A stretch of DNA of 64,000 nucleotides from Podarcis muralis (lineage: Eukaryota), in contig NC_135661.1 of NCBI RefSeq assembly GCF_964188315.1, forward strand, positions 91,822,001 through 91,886,000, given 5' to 3'. The number at the start of each line of letters is the position of its first letter. The first letter of the stretch is position 1. The notes under the pieces were generated by a model that searched no databases, had not been told where the DNA came from, and saw nothing but the letters and a program-made list of their open reading frames with translations. The position numbers and the translations under genes are program-made. This document shows positions 34,250 to 46,150 of the stretch, in pieces.

Positions 34250-35194
34250 ATGGCGCCCAGCAGCTTGAGATGCCAGCGCCTCGAGCCGGACGGGCCTTCT
34301 GCCAGGAGCCAGCGCCGCTGCTGCCGCATCCCAGACCACAAGCGCTGCTCTTTCCTGCGCGCGGCACAGGGGAAATACGCCACGCTGATCACGCCCTACG
34401 TGCGAGACTTGCACAAGAGCGTCCTCCTCAAGAACACCATCCTGCACCTCCAAGACCCCGGCCGAGGGAGCCGGGAAACGGGACTCGGGCTGGCAGCACC
34501 CCAGGGTGCCCCACCTTGGCAAGAGACAAGCCAGGGTCCCCCAGCAGAGAGCGAAGGCGCGGTGTCTCTGCCAGCACAGCCGGCAGAAGAGCCTCCAAGT
34601 GCTGTGGGCAATGGCCAGGCGAGAGCAGCTGACATGGGCGTAGGCATGTGGGCACTGCCTGCCTCCTCCAGCCCCTGCCAAGATGCAGGACAGGTGGCCA
34701 GGGAAGACGGCTTGCCTGACCCGCTCCTGGATTCCTTCCTCTGCACTGCTGGTGAAGTCCTGTGTCTTTGGGAGAGTCTGCAGCAACAGGAAGGTGGCAG
34801 TGGCCCCTGCCCGTCTCTGGCTGGCCCCAGAACCGATTCCCCCTGGCCTTCTGAAAGTGCAGCTGCCAGCCCAGGGCAGGAGGCTGGTTCCTGGGGTCCC
34901 CTCTGCCCTGAGGAGCAGCCCCGCGACCCCTTGTTTGACAGCTTTGAGATCTTGGCCTCCAGCTATGCGAGCGACGTCCCTGCAGATGATTTCTTTGCAG
35001 ACATCGACATGTCAGAGTTTGAGAGCGTTCTGTGGGGTTCGCCGAGCAACGGGCAGCCCACAGTTATCGACATGGCAGGCCAGGCTGCTGCTGAGATTGC
35101 CCCCCAGGCTGAAGAACCCCCTCTTCCCGGTCAGGATGCAAGCAGCAGGATGGGGAGCCTCGACCATTACGTGGAGCTCCTTCTGCGCTCCTGA
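34250..35194 (+). CDS. SERTAD3: SERTAD3-like protein (314 aa, single coding exon)
   Basis: ATG 7 nt after a pyrimidine tract and AG (34241-34242). Degenerate SERTA segment (LHKSVLLKNTILHLQ) and C-terminal DDFFADIDMS...LDHYVELLL family motifs; lies between BLVRB and SERTAD1 as in human. Confidence 0.75.
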   Translation: MAPSSLRCQRLEPDGPSARSQRRCCRIPDHKRCSFLRAAQGKYATLITPYVRDLHKSVLLKNTILHLQDPGRGSRETGLGLAAPQGAPPWQETSQGPPAESEGAVSLPAQPAEEPPSAVGNGQARAADMGVGMWALPASSSPCQDAGQVAREDGLPDPLLDSFLCTAGEVLCLWESLQQQEGGSGPCPSLAGPRTDSPWPSESAAASPGQEAGSWGPLCPEEQPRDPLFDSFEILASSYASDVPADDFFADIDMSEFESVLWGSPSNGQPTVIDMAGQAAAEIAPQAEEPPLPGQDASSRMGSLDHYVELLLRS

Positions 35195-35397
35195 AATGCT
35201 CCACTCCGGATCCCTTGGATTTCAAGGTTCTGCCATCTTTAAAGTTTACAGGTCAATTGACCATGACTTGCCAAAGAAAAGGGACCGTGGGTTTTGCAGG
35301 ACTAAATCAACTAGCTTTAAACCTTGCAATACCGGCATTTTTCATTCTACTTGAAAGGGTGCAAACAAGTGACTAAACTCTCATTTGCTGCAAGTGC

Positions 35398-35403
35398 AAT
35401 AAA
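35398..35403 (+). terminator. Candidate SERTAD3 polyadenylation signal
   Basis: AATAAA about 200 nt after the stop codon. Confidence 0.6.
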
Positions 35404-38400
35404 TCCTGTCTATTAGAGTAGTGGAAATGTTGGTCATTGGCTCTGGGAATGTCCTCAGCACCCCCAGGCCTGAGAGTTAACTCTTTATGGACAAAGTGTG
35501 CCCTTTCAGCAGCCCCCCAGGTCTGAGCCCTGCCAGGTGGTAGCAGCAACCATGGGCACAACCGGAAGCTTCTCCTACAGGGAAGGCGTTCTTGCTCTTC
35601 AAGCCCCTCCTGGTTCTAGGAGGCCACGGGGTGGGGGATGGTGGGGATCCGTTGAGCCCATCCCTCACCTTAACAGCCTCTTCCTCCTACATGTCTGGCC
35701 TGCCCGTCTCTGGCTCCTGCCTCATGGGCACTGCCAAACCCCTCTCCTGGGCCAGTGCCCTGGCCTCCTGCCTCCTCCCCACACTGTCAGAGCCCTGACA
35801 GGTTGACTCTCAGGAGCAGGGCAGGTGTTGGCTCAGGTGGGCTGGGGCGGCTTCTCCCTAGTTCAGGGACTGGGAACCTCAGGCCCGCCAGACATTGTTG
35901 GACTCCAACTCCCAGCATTCCCTGACCATTAGCTGTGCTAGCTGTGGCTGATGGGAGTTGGAGTCCAACTCTCTTTCTGTACGCAAGCCCATTTTCCTTG
36001 AAGCAAAGTTGCTGCTGCCACCCCTGGTGGGCATCTTTTGCCAGCCTTGCCTTTTGCCGGCTCAGTTCGGGGGACGGGGACTCCTTTGCTACCTCTTCCA
36101 AGCATGTGGCCAGTTGGCTGAAGCAGCCCTGGAATTGCATCTTGACTACCTCTTCAAGCTGGCTCTGCATCCCAGCAATGGGGCTGCTGCCGCTGCTGCC
36201 TTCTGACATTGGCCAGACCTGCTTGGTGGTTCCCCACATGCGCATTGGGGTCGTCTGCTCTGGAAATGTACTGCTGATGTGCCAAGGCAGGTGCTCCTCT
36301 GTTGCAGAGCCTCTCGCCAGAGGATCTTGAATTTGGGGAGCACCCGTGACCTGTGAATCTCTGCATTTCTCTGGCTACCCCAGAAAGAAACTTCTTGGGC
36401 CACATTCCACATCCCTCCTTGGCAGACATTTGGACCATTTGCCACCCTCTGATGGTGCCCTTGAGTGGACAGTTTTGGCTCGCTAGTCCTGTTCCAATGA
36501 GCATGATGCAAATTAAAATCTCTCCTGGGTTGGGAGCCCCAACGTGAACTGGCAAGACCCGGCTGCAAATGTCCCTTCTAGACTTCTGAATACCTGCCTT
36601 GGATGAATACTTGAAGAAGCCAAGTTGTGTTGCTTTGATAGAATCACAGAATTGTCAGGTTGGAAGGGACCCCGAGGGTCATCTAGCCCAACCCCGCTGC
36701 AGTGCAGATATCACAATATTGCATTCCTTCTTTAAAACCTAACCAAAAAAGTTAAGCTCTCAGGTCAGTGCTGATGTCTGTAACAAGTTATTTATAAATG
36801 TTATAAATTATTGCCTGATATGTTAAAGGGGAGGGCAAGGGACTGGGGTGTGTGCGCTCCTGGGCAACTTCCAGGGTGAGGTCCTCTCCTCCCATCCCCA
36901 GCTGTGAATACGAGGAACAGCCTGGCTTTCTCTCATATGCCGCCTTAAAGACAAACACATTCTGGCATCAGCTGTAGGCCCGCTAGACCAGGCTTCCTCA
37001 AACTCGGCCCTCCAGATGTTTTGAGACTACAGTTCCCATCATCCCTGACCACTGGTCCTGCTAGCTAGGGATCATGGGAGTTGTAGGCCAAAAACATCTG
37101 GAGGGCCGTGGTTGAAGAAGCCTGCTCTAGATATTGCAGGACTACAACTCCCATAATCCCTAGTCATTGACTGTGCTTGCTAGGGTTGATGGGAGAGGTG
37201 GTTTAACAACATCTGGAGGGCCAAAAGTGTTTTAAAATGCATTCACTTCTATGGTGCCAGAAGACTTTATACTGCTAGTTCTTTGGAAAATGTGATATGA
37301 AATTCTCTTAAGTGCAAGGCACCTCAGGATTACCCTAGTGCCTAAATTCGTGCCCTGAATGTGCCAGGAAGAGAGAGAGATTCTGCATACAGGCTCCAGA
37401 AATCTCCTCTAGCTCCAGACTCGACGTCCTTCACCCTCCTGGTCCCTGGCTTGTCTTAGCACTGAAAGAGGTTCTGGCCCCAGAGCCAAGGTCTATGCAA
37501 GTAACATTTTTGAAAGTTCCTGTTTTGGTCTGCAAATAATTTGCTTTCTCCCCAGTAATCTTGTTGTGGCTCTCTTTCCTGGAGTCCTTGAGAGAGACCT
37601 TGGGAGGCTGGGTGGCAGAAGGCTTTCTGCAGAGCAGCTGCTTTCCTCCTCCCCAAAAGCGCCTCTAGCCAAGGAAGGCCTGGCCTTGGCCTGTGGCTCA
37701 GAGCGTTTGCTGCCACTGAGCACCGCACCTTCTTTGCCCAAAGCCCGTCAGCACAGGAACCTGGGAGGAGTCTGCTGGGCAAGGCCAAAGTCCAGCATCG
37801 CCTTTTCCCAGAGGCCCATGATGGGAAGGAGGAGCAGGCCCTGAGGGCAGTGCCATTTCCAGCAGATGGGATTCAGAGTTGGGGGTTGGGGGCTTCATCT
37901 TTCAGAAACCCCACAGGCTGTGGGGCAGGAGCAGAGCTCTCCTTCTGTGGGACAGTGGTGGTTTTTTCAAATTTATTTTTTCATTTGCAAAAACATACAT
38001 AAAAGCAAAGAAACAAAAAAGGCGTATATAAAAAATAAAACAAAACAATCTTACAATGATTATTCTTGGACTGATATAGATCTTGACTTATATATAATGA
38101 AATTATTTACAAATCTAAGATTTATATACTCTTGTTGTTATACAATACAATATCTAAGAAAGAAAAAACTGTCAAAATGACAACTTAGACAATGAAAATA
38201 TCTATCTATTGTAAAGTAATACTTAATATAATTTAAACCGATAATAGTGTTTTTTGTACATTATAACCTTCGATTTGGATTGAATCCCTTTTCAATTTAT
38301 TATGTTGTTGACTTCCTTCTACCTCATTATAGTTTCAGTTCGAGTATTCCTATTTTTTGCCCTGTATTTAATTGTTTATCCTCATCTTGGAATGAAGAGG

Positions 38401-38601
38401 AAAATATTTTACTACCTGTGAAATTATTGAAGACACAGCCAAGTCTTCTTACTGAAACCTTGTTTTGTTAAGTAATTATTAAAACATTCCCATTCTTTTT
38501 TTAACTTTGTCTGTTGATTGATTTCTTGTTAACTCCATCATTTTTTCTGTGGGACAGGCTGGAGGGGGAGGAAACACCTGAGGACAGAAACGGGGGCTGT
38601 G

Positions 38602-38857
38602 TACCCCTGACAATTAAGTCCAGTCGCGAACGACTCTGGGGTTGTGGCGCTCATCTCGCTTTACAGGCCGAGGGAGCTGGCGTTTGTCCGCTCTGCAAAC
38701 AGTTTTTCCGGGTCATGTAGCCAGCATGACTAAGCCGCTTCTGGCGCAACAGAACACTGACACCAGAGCAGCGCACGGAAACGCCGTTTACCTTCCCGCT
38801 GGAGTAAACTTTGTCTACTTGCACTGGCATGCTTTCGAACTGCTAGGTTGACAGGAG
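38602..38857 (-). mobile_element. Sauria SINE (5'-truncated)
   Basis: Contains recalled hallmark segments cgactctggggttg.ggcgctcatctcgc, catgactaagccgcttctggcg and gcgcacggaaacgccgtttaccttcccgc. Confidence 0.85.
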
Positions 38858-39543
38858 GTGAAGGTAGCTTGTGTCTTGAGAGACTGAAATTCCTGCCTCT
38901 GCTCAAGATGAGGACCTGAGTTTTCTCTGGCAGCTGCAATATACCAGGCTTTCTTAACAGCGACACTTTCCAGTTATTCCATGAAAGCAACTAGGTTCAA
39001 TGAGAACAGAAGGGCTCTCAGACTCCGCCAGCCAAGCCCTGAACTATGTGCAGCAACAGCAGTGCCTCTGAGCACTTGCAGAATGCCCCTTTCACTCTGG
39101 AGGTGTCGCCCAACCGCCACATGCACGTTTTGTGGGTAAAAGGGCTTTTGCAGGCAGGCTGGCTGCCAGGACATTTCCTGGATCCTAGGCAAGCAAACCA
39201 TTCAGTTTCATTTCTTAACTTGCCTTTACGTCACGTGCTTTTTTCCGCTCGTGATCCTCTGGGTGTTGCCAAAGCTTCCTGTCCAGCCTGAGAGCTCTGC
39301 AACGAGAGGGGAAGAAATTGCCCGCTCCTGAACGTCCCAAGCGAGAGGGAGAGGGGGCAGAACAGAAGCCATGTTGATGAACACAAAATAAATTATTTCT
39401 GCCCCTCTCACCATCTCTCGGCATTGAAGGATCCGCCACAGAATGTATCAAAAGCACTGTTTCCAATCTGTAGTAAAGTCCTATTTGTGTATTTTTCAGA
39501 ACAGCCTTCTTCAAACTGGTGCCCTCCAGGATTTTTTGGACTA

Positions 39544-39863
39544 CAGTGGTACTTGGTTCTCAAACACCTTGGTTCCCAAACACCCAAAACCCAGAAGCAA
39601 GTGTTCTGGTTTTCGAACGTTTTTCAAAAGCCAAACGTCCGGTGCGGCTGTTGGCTATTGTTTCTGGGCGCCTGCACCAATCAGAAGCCGCGCCTTGGTT
39701 TTTGAACATTTCGGAAGTCAGACGGACTTCCGGAACGGATTAAGTTTGAGAACCAAGATACCACTGCATCTGGCGCTTTTGGTTTTGCTATTTATTTTGC
39801 TATTTTGTTTTTGAGGCTTTTTCGGTTAATTTGCTTTTGTGACTGTGTGGAACCCAGTTCAGC

Positions 39864-39898
<35 letters not shown>

Positions 39899-40226
39899 CT
39901 GATTGTGTGACTGTGGAAATGGATAAAAGTCCCCCCTCCAAACAATGACTATCATCAGAGCAAGGAAGAATTTTTTTTTTTTTAATTTTCATCATCTACA
40001 ATACTGTCTTCTTTATTTTATAGTACAGTACATTGATTATTGCTTTCATTTTATGGATCTATGGTCTCGTTAGAGAGGAAAATTAATGTTAAATTGCTGT
40101 TTTAGGGGTTGTTTTTAGAAGTCTGGAACGGATTAATCCGTTTTGCATTACTTTCTATGGGAAAGCACGCCTTGGTTTGGAACAAACTTCCGGAACGGCT
40201 TAAGTTTGAGAACCGAGGCACCACTG
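39544..40226. mobile_element. Tc1/mariner MITE, same family as 30458-30953, with an extra internal right end
   Basis: TA TSD; TIR cagtggtacttggttctcaaa; internal ...gaaccaagataccactg at about 39750-39766; (GATT)8. Confidence 0.8.
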
Positions 40227-40919
40227 TACAGCCTCCCACTGTCTGCCTGTCTCAGCATTGCATGACCTATGCTAGCTGGGACTGCAAGTAGCCCAACAAA
40301 GCTGGGGCGGGGGGAGGGAAAACAGGTTAGGAGAGGATGATTTAGATCAGTGGTTCCCCATTAAGGGTCCGGGGAGCCCTGGGGGTCTGCAGAACGCACC
40401 CAGGGGGGTCCATGGCCCCATCCCTTGCCTCCCCCCCCCCAGCTCACTGTCATTCGCCTTCCCTTCAAGGCGCGGAGGCAGAGCAGCTTTTCTTCGTCAG
40501 CAGGAAAGCAGCAGCAGCGGCAGCCACAGAGGAGCAGCATCTTTGCTGGCTGCCCCCCTGAAGGTGGCTTGATGCCCCCGTCCCCTCCCAAACCATGGAG
40601 GTGACTCCGCTTTCTCTCCTCCTCCCCCCACCTGTCTGATCTCCCCGGCTGCTGCTTCCCTCAGCCCCACGCCTGGTCTCTAACTTCAGACATTGTAATA
40701 TATCGGGACATTGTGATGTTTAGCTGCTGATATATCACAATGTTGAAAGCCAGATATCGCTCAGCCCTAGTCTGTTTTTTAGTACCTACCTAAAATCCTT
40801 TGCTTATTAGGGCTGCTCCACATTGCTTTGCAGAAGTAACTACCATAGAGTTATCAAAATTTTGAAAAGTAGAGGGTCTGTGGCTTGGCTTTTGCAAAAT
40901 AGGGGGTCCTCAGTAATTA

Positions 40920-43229
40920 GAAGTGCCATGGTCAGATCACTTCCTGGTGCAACTGGACTTCTCCGTGACCCTTCCCCTCTGCAGGGAGGTGGGACCGATT
41001 CAGATGGTCCGCCCCCGCCACTTAATGGATCCAAATGGTTTCCAGAGAGTGGTAGGGGATGCTTTATCCCATGTTGATGGCCTTTCAGCTGATTCCCTGG
41101 TGGCCCGCTGGAATGTGGAGTTAACCAGGGCTATTGACTGTTTGGCTCCGAAGCGCCCTCTCCGATTGCATGGAGCCCGGACAGCCCCGTGGTTTTCCAC
41201 AGATCTAAGGGCAATGAAACAATCGTTGAGACGGCTAGAGCGCCAGTGGCGGATAACTCATTCCGAATCTGACCGGACACAGGTTAGAGCTCAACGTCAA
41301 GCCTACCAAGTGGCGATAGCGACGGCGAAGAAGAATTTCTTCACCGCCTCTATTGCATCTGCAGAAAACAGCAGCAGGAGACTTTTTCAGGTGGTTCACA
41401 ATTTAGCGGAACCACCTGCAACATCGGGGCCCAGTACGGGCCACACGTTCTCCTGCAATGATTTTGCAAAGTTTTTTGCAGATAAAATCGCTCAGATTCG
41501 GGAAGAAGTAGACTCCACCGTGGGAGCAGGGCTGGGGTGGGTGAGTGCTAGAGACCTGTCTAGTCAAGTTGTGTGGGATCAATTCCAATCTGTTACCTCC
41601 GAGGATGTGGACAGGCTGCTTGGACGAGTGAAGCCAACCACCTGTCTCCTGGATCCTTGCCCATCCTGGCTTATAAAAGCTAGCCGGGAAGGACTGGGCG
41701 ATGGGCTTCGTGGGGTGGTGAATGCTTCTCTCTGTGAAGGAGCCTTCCCAGACCCGCTGAAAGAGGCGGTTATTAAACCGCTTCTTAAAAAACCATCTTT
41801 AGATGCGGCCACGATGGCCAACTATCGCCCAGTCTCAAATCTTCCATTCTTGGGCAAGGTGATTGAGCGAGCGGTTGCTGAACAACTCCAGGCACGCCTG
41901 GAAGAAGCGGACCATTTGGATCCCTTCCAGTCGGGATTCAGGCCTCATCACGGGACTGAAACTGCCTTGGTCGCGCTGGTTGATGATCTCCGGCAGGCTA
42001 GGGACAAAGGTGAGAGCTGTTTCCTAGTTCTGCTGGATCTCTCAGCGGCGTTTGATACCATTGACCATAACATCCTTCTGGATCGTCTTGAGGGGCTGGG
42101 AGCTGGGGGCACTGTTATACAGTGGTTCCGCTCCTTCCTACTGGGCCGGGTTCAGAAAGTGGTGGTGGGGGATGAGTGTTCAGACCCCTGGGCCCTCACT
42201 TGTGGGGTGCCTCAGGGTTCGGTCCTCTCCCCCATGCTTTTCAACATCTACATGAAGCCGCTGGGAGAGATCATCAGGAGGTTTGGGCTGGGTGTTCATC
42301 AGTATGCAGATGATACCCAGCTCTACCTCTCTTTTAAATCAGAACCAGTGAAGGCGGTGAAGGTCCTGTGTGAGTGTCTGGAGGCAGTTGGAGGATGGAT
42401 GGCGGCTAATGGATTGAAGTTGAATCCTGACAAGACAGAAGTACTGTTTTTGGGAGACAGGGGGCGGGCTCGTGTGGAGGACTCCCTGGTCCTGAATAGG
42501 GTAACTGTGCCCCTGAAGGACCAGGTGCGCAGCCTGGGAGTCATTTTGGACTCACAGCTGTCCATGGAGGCACAGGTCAAATCTGTGTCCAGGGTAGCTG
42601 TTTACCAGCTCCATCTGGTACGTAGGCTGAGACCCTATCTGCCTGCGGACTGTCTCGCCAGAGTGGTGCATGCTCTGGTTATCTCCCGCTTGGACAATGC
42701 GCTCTACGTGGGGCTACCTTTGAAGGTGACTCGGAAACTACAACTAATCCAGAATGCGGCAGCTAGACTGGTGACTGGGGGCGGCCGCTGAGACCATATA
42801 ACACTGGTCTTGAAAGACCTACATTGGCTCCCAGTACGTTTCCGAGCACAATTCAAAGTGTTGGTGCTGACCTTTAAAGCCCTGAGCGGCCCCGGTCCAG
42901 TATACCTGAAGGAGCGTCTCCACCCTCATCGTTCTGCCCGGACGCTGAGGTCCAGCGCCTAGGGCCTTCTGGCGGTTCCCTCATTGCAAGAAGCAAAGCT
43001 ACAGGTAACCAGGCAGAGGGCCTTCTCGGTAGTGGCGCCCGCCCTGTGGAACGCCCTGCCACGAGATGTCAAAGCGATAAACAACTACCTGACATTCAGA
43101 AGACATCTTAAGGCAGCCCTGTTCAGGGAAGTTTTTAACGTGTGATATTTTAGTGTATTTTTGGTTTCTATGGAAGCCGCCCAGAGTCGCTGGGGAGGCC
43201 CAGCCAGATGGGCGGGGTATAAATAATAA

Positions 43230-43290
<61 letters not shown>
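40920..43290 (+). mobile_element. Young 5'-truncated L2-clade LINE; RT frame open for 622 codons; (GTT)20 tail
   Basis: Motifs NYRPVSNLPFLGKVIE, QSGFRPHHGTETAL, LLDLSAAFDTIDH, GVPQGSVLSP, YADDTQLY. Confidence 0.95.
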
Positions 43291-43291
<1 letters not shown>

Positions 43292-43598
43292 CTTTGTCCA
43301 TGGAGTTTTCTTGGCAGGGATACTGGAGTGGCTTGCCGGTTCCTGCTTCAGGTGGATCACGTTTGGTGAAAACTCTCCACTATGACCTGTCCATCTTGGG
43401 TGGCCCTGCACGGCATGGCTCATAGCTTCTCTGAGTTATTCAAGCCCCTTTGCAATGGCAAGGCATGGTGGGACAGTGTTCTCAAAGCGACCAGCATGAG
43501 TTTGACCAAACTGCAGGAGGCAGTGGAAGACAGGAGGGCCTGGCGTGCTCTGGTCCAGGGGGTCACCAAGAGGCGGACACGACTAAACGACTAAACAA
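43291..43598. mobile_element. Rearranged BovB fragment (inverted 5' piece joined to sense 3' tail)
   Basis: 43465-43598 matches the recalled BovB 3' end (...ggcctggcgtgctctggtcca.ggggtcac.aagag.cggacacgactaaacgactaaac). 43291-43464 matches the recalled antisense BovB 5' region. Confidence 0.65.
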
Positions 43599-44377
43599 TA
43601 GTAATTAGTTAATTGGGAATCACCGATTTAGATGCTTCAGGTCACATTTGCTTGTTTACTTTTGTTTAGCAGAATGTGACATGGACATTAATCATGCCAG
43701 GAACTCTGCCTGGGTGTTTTTATAAAGCCCTGTGACAAAAGCTCCCCCCCCCCAAATGTTTGGCTTTTGAAGGGGGCTCCTTTCCTCTTAGCTGGCTGCT
43801 ACGTCTTTGCTGCAAACAGTGGAATGGGCTAGAAAGTTTGGGAGGTGGGAGTTCAGTCTGCGGCACCCCTTCTCTGCTGGAAAACCCCATGGCAGATCTT
43901 GGCCCCAGCCACAGAATTGTAGAGTTGGAAGGGGTCCCCCAGGAGTCATCTAGTCCAGCCCCCCGGACTAAAAAGGAAGTGGGCAGCCGGTATCACCCAG
44001 AGCTCTTTCAAACACACAAAAAGGTCATAACCAAACCCTTTGGGGTCGCTTGATCTTCAGTAGGTCCTAAGGAGCTGATGGGAGGTGGAGCACAGCTGCA
44101 GGGCCGTCTGGAGGACCTTGGGGGCTCCCTGCCCCTGGAAGAGAAGGTTGGATTTGTTCAAGGACAAGAGGTGTCCTTGGTTTGGCGTCTTGGCGCTGCT
44201 CCGCAGTCTGGGTTTCCTTTAGGGTGCCTCGAGGCATGTGCAGAGTTTCTTCCAGGCGTGTTCAGAGTTGCTTTTAGTTGCAGTTTAGAGCTTTTAAGGG
44301 ATTTCGGGGCACAGTTGGCGCTTCTTTCCATAACTCCTCACTTTGCTTTGCGTTCCAATTCATTCTTGGTTTGGGGG

Positions 44378-44426
44378 TGTAGCAGGAACCCCCCCCCCCC
44401 ACCCCAATCATTCTGCTTGTACAAAC

Positions 44427-44463
<37 letters not shown>

Positions 44464-45109
44464 CATACGCCACATTTCTGTTATAAATTCATAGAAAAAT
44501 CAACCATACATTGGATTTGCACTGTTCCATTTTTATTTTACTCCATATGACAAGAACTAACAAAAGGGGAGGGGGGTTTGACCCTGGTCAGCCAAAATCC
44601 CTTCACTGTCTCAGCACATCTGCAGGAGCCCTGCCCAGATGATCCCAGACAGAAGACAATCAAGATCACAAAGAACTTGCATATGGGAGTGGATTCAGCA
44701 TGGACTGAAAAAAGGACAATGATCAGATCTTCCCTCAGGGGGCAGGAAACTGCAAACTCCCCTTTGTCTCCTGGAAGTGACTCATGGGGAGGGGGGAAAG
44801 GAGGAACCAGCCAGGTGACAGGACACTCAGGTTACCACCAACTCCTCCCTCAACCCCTCCTTTCTGTAATATATGCATGATGTTTCTGGGCGTGGGCTTG
44901 ACCTAGAGGAGGGGAATTTCAAAAGATTTTATAAGACCTTGCACACTATTTTTCTGGGTCTTTCCTCTCACCTGCAAGTGAGGGGAGCACCCTGTCGCGA
45001 CAGTCTTTCTTCAATAAAGACCAGGCCTACAGGCTGCTGATTTGCTTCAATTTGCTCTGGTTGGTGCTTTATTTTTGTCCAAGGGAGCCCTCAGATTTTT
45101 CCTGTAACA
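44378..45109 (+). mobile_element. Solo LTR related to 7430-8075
   Basis: tgtagcagga / tcctgtaaca termini; 4-bp flanks gggg; 3' half aligns with the 7430 LTR; tttataag at 44928, AATAAA at 45013; internal (CA)n. Confidence 0.75.
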
Positions 45110-45289
45110 GGGGCACTATTTATTATTATTAAACAAAATTTGTTTTTTCTTTGTGAACTGAATAGATGTTTATTCCTGAGCCATCAGTTTCTGCTTCTTC
45201 AGTTTCTTTTGAGGTATCTTCTTCTTCAGAGCAACTTCCTTTTCTGGCTTAGGGACAATTTGCTTATTTCAAAAGCCTCTTCCCGCCCC

Positions 45290-46150
45290 TTCCTCTCCGC
45301 GCTCGTCTGAACGCCTCGCATCCGGAGCGACTGCGGAGCGGCTCCTCCGCGCCGCAGCCAATCAGCGCAGGGGGGCGGGGACTCCGGCTTGTTTGTTCCA
45401 TCCCGCCCCGCCCCCTTCCTTCCCCGCAACGATGAGTCGTCCCGGCGCCGCCCCCTTGTATGCAGATGAGGCGGCCTGGCGTGCCCCGCCATTGGCCGGC
45501 GCCTCCCCCTCCGCCCCCGCCGGGCGAATGTCTCCTTCCCTCCCGGCGGCGGCGGCGGGATTCCAGCCCGGAGCGCGGAGGGGAAGCATGCCGGCGCCTG
45601 ATTGGCTGCGCGCCGCGTTCCAGACCCCGCTGATTGGCCCCTGAAGAGCCGGGTATGTAAATCGGGGGGTCTCGGGGGTCCCTCGCGGGGCCGCCGCGCC
45701 GGAGGATCCCGGCTGGATCCCGGGACTGCGCCGCCCGCCCGGCCTGGCCATGAGTCACTCTCCGCTCCCGCGACGGGGAGGAAGCTGCGCGCGCCCCCGC
45801 CCGGACGGACACCCGCGGGGGCTTCCCAAAATGCGGGGGCCGGGGATCCGGGCCGGGCGAGAGTTGGGGGGGGCGGTTACTTGGGAGGAGGGATCTCCTT
45901 AGCCGATCGATCCCCAAGAGCGGGGGGAAGGGGCTCCGGATCTCGCCCTCCTCCGGGTCAGCTGGATCCCGGAGCCCAGCTGGGCGGAGCGCAGCGTGCA
46001 GAGCGGCCGGATCCAGAACGGAAGCCCTGCCGGGTGGGGCCTGGGCGCCGCGACCCCCACCCAACCCGGCCGCGGGAGGAGGATCCCTCCGGCAACCCCG
46101 CCCCCACCTCAGCAGCGGGGAAGGATCCGACCCTGCTGGAGATCCTGCCC
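45290..46150 (+). promoter_or_regulatory. CpG island promoter / non-coding exon 1 of SERTAD1
   Basis: CpG-rich; several CCAAT/ATTGG boxes (about 45358, 45491, 45601, 45633) and GC boxes; donor CGG|GTATGT at 45652/45653; AP-1 TGAGTCA at 45751. Confidence 0.75.

Noticed and set aside
40923-42791. 622-aa RT ORF as a host or domesticated gene
   Set aside because: 5'-truncated (no endonuclease, no ATG start), has premature stops and a LINE tail, and has sister copies in the window.
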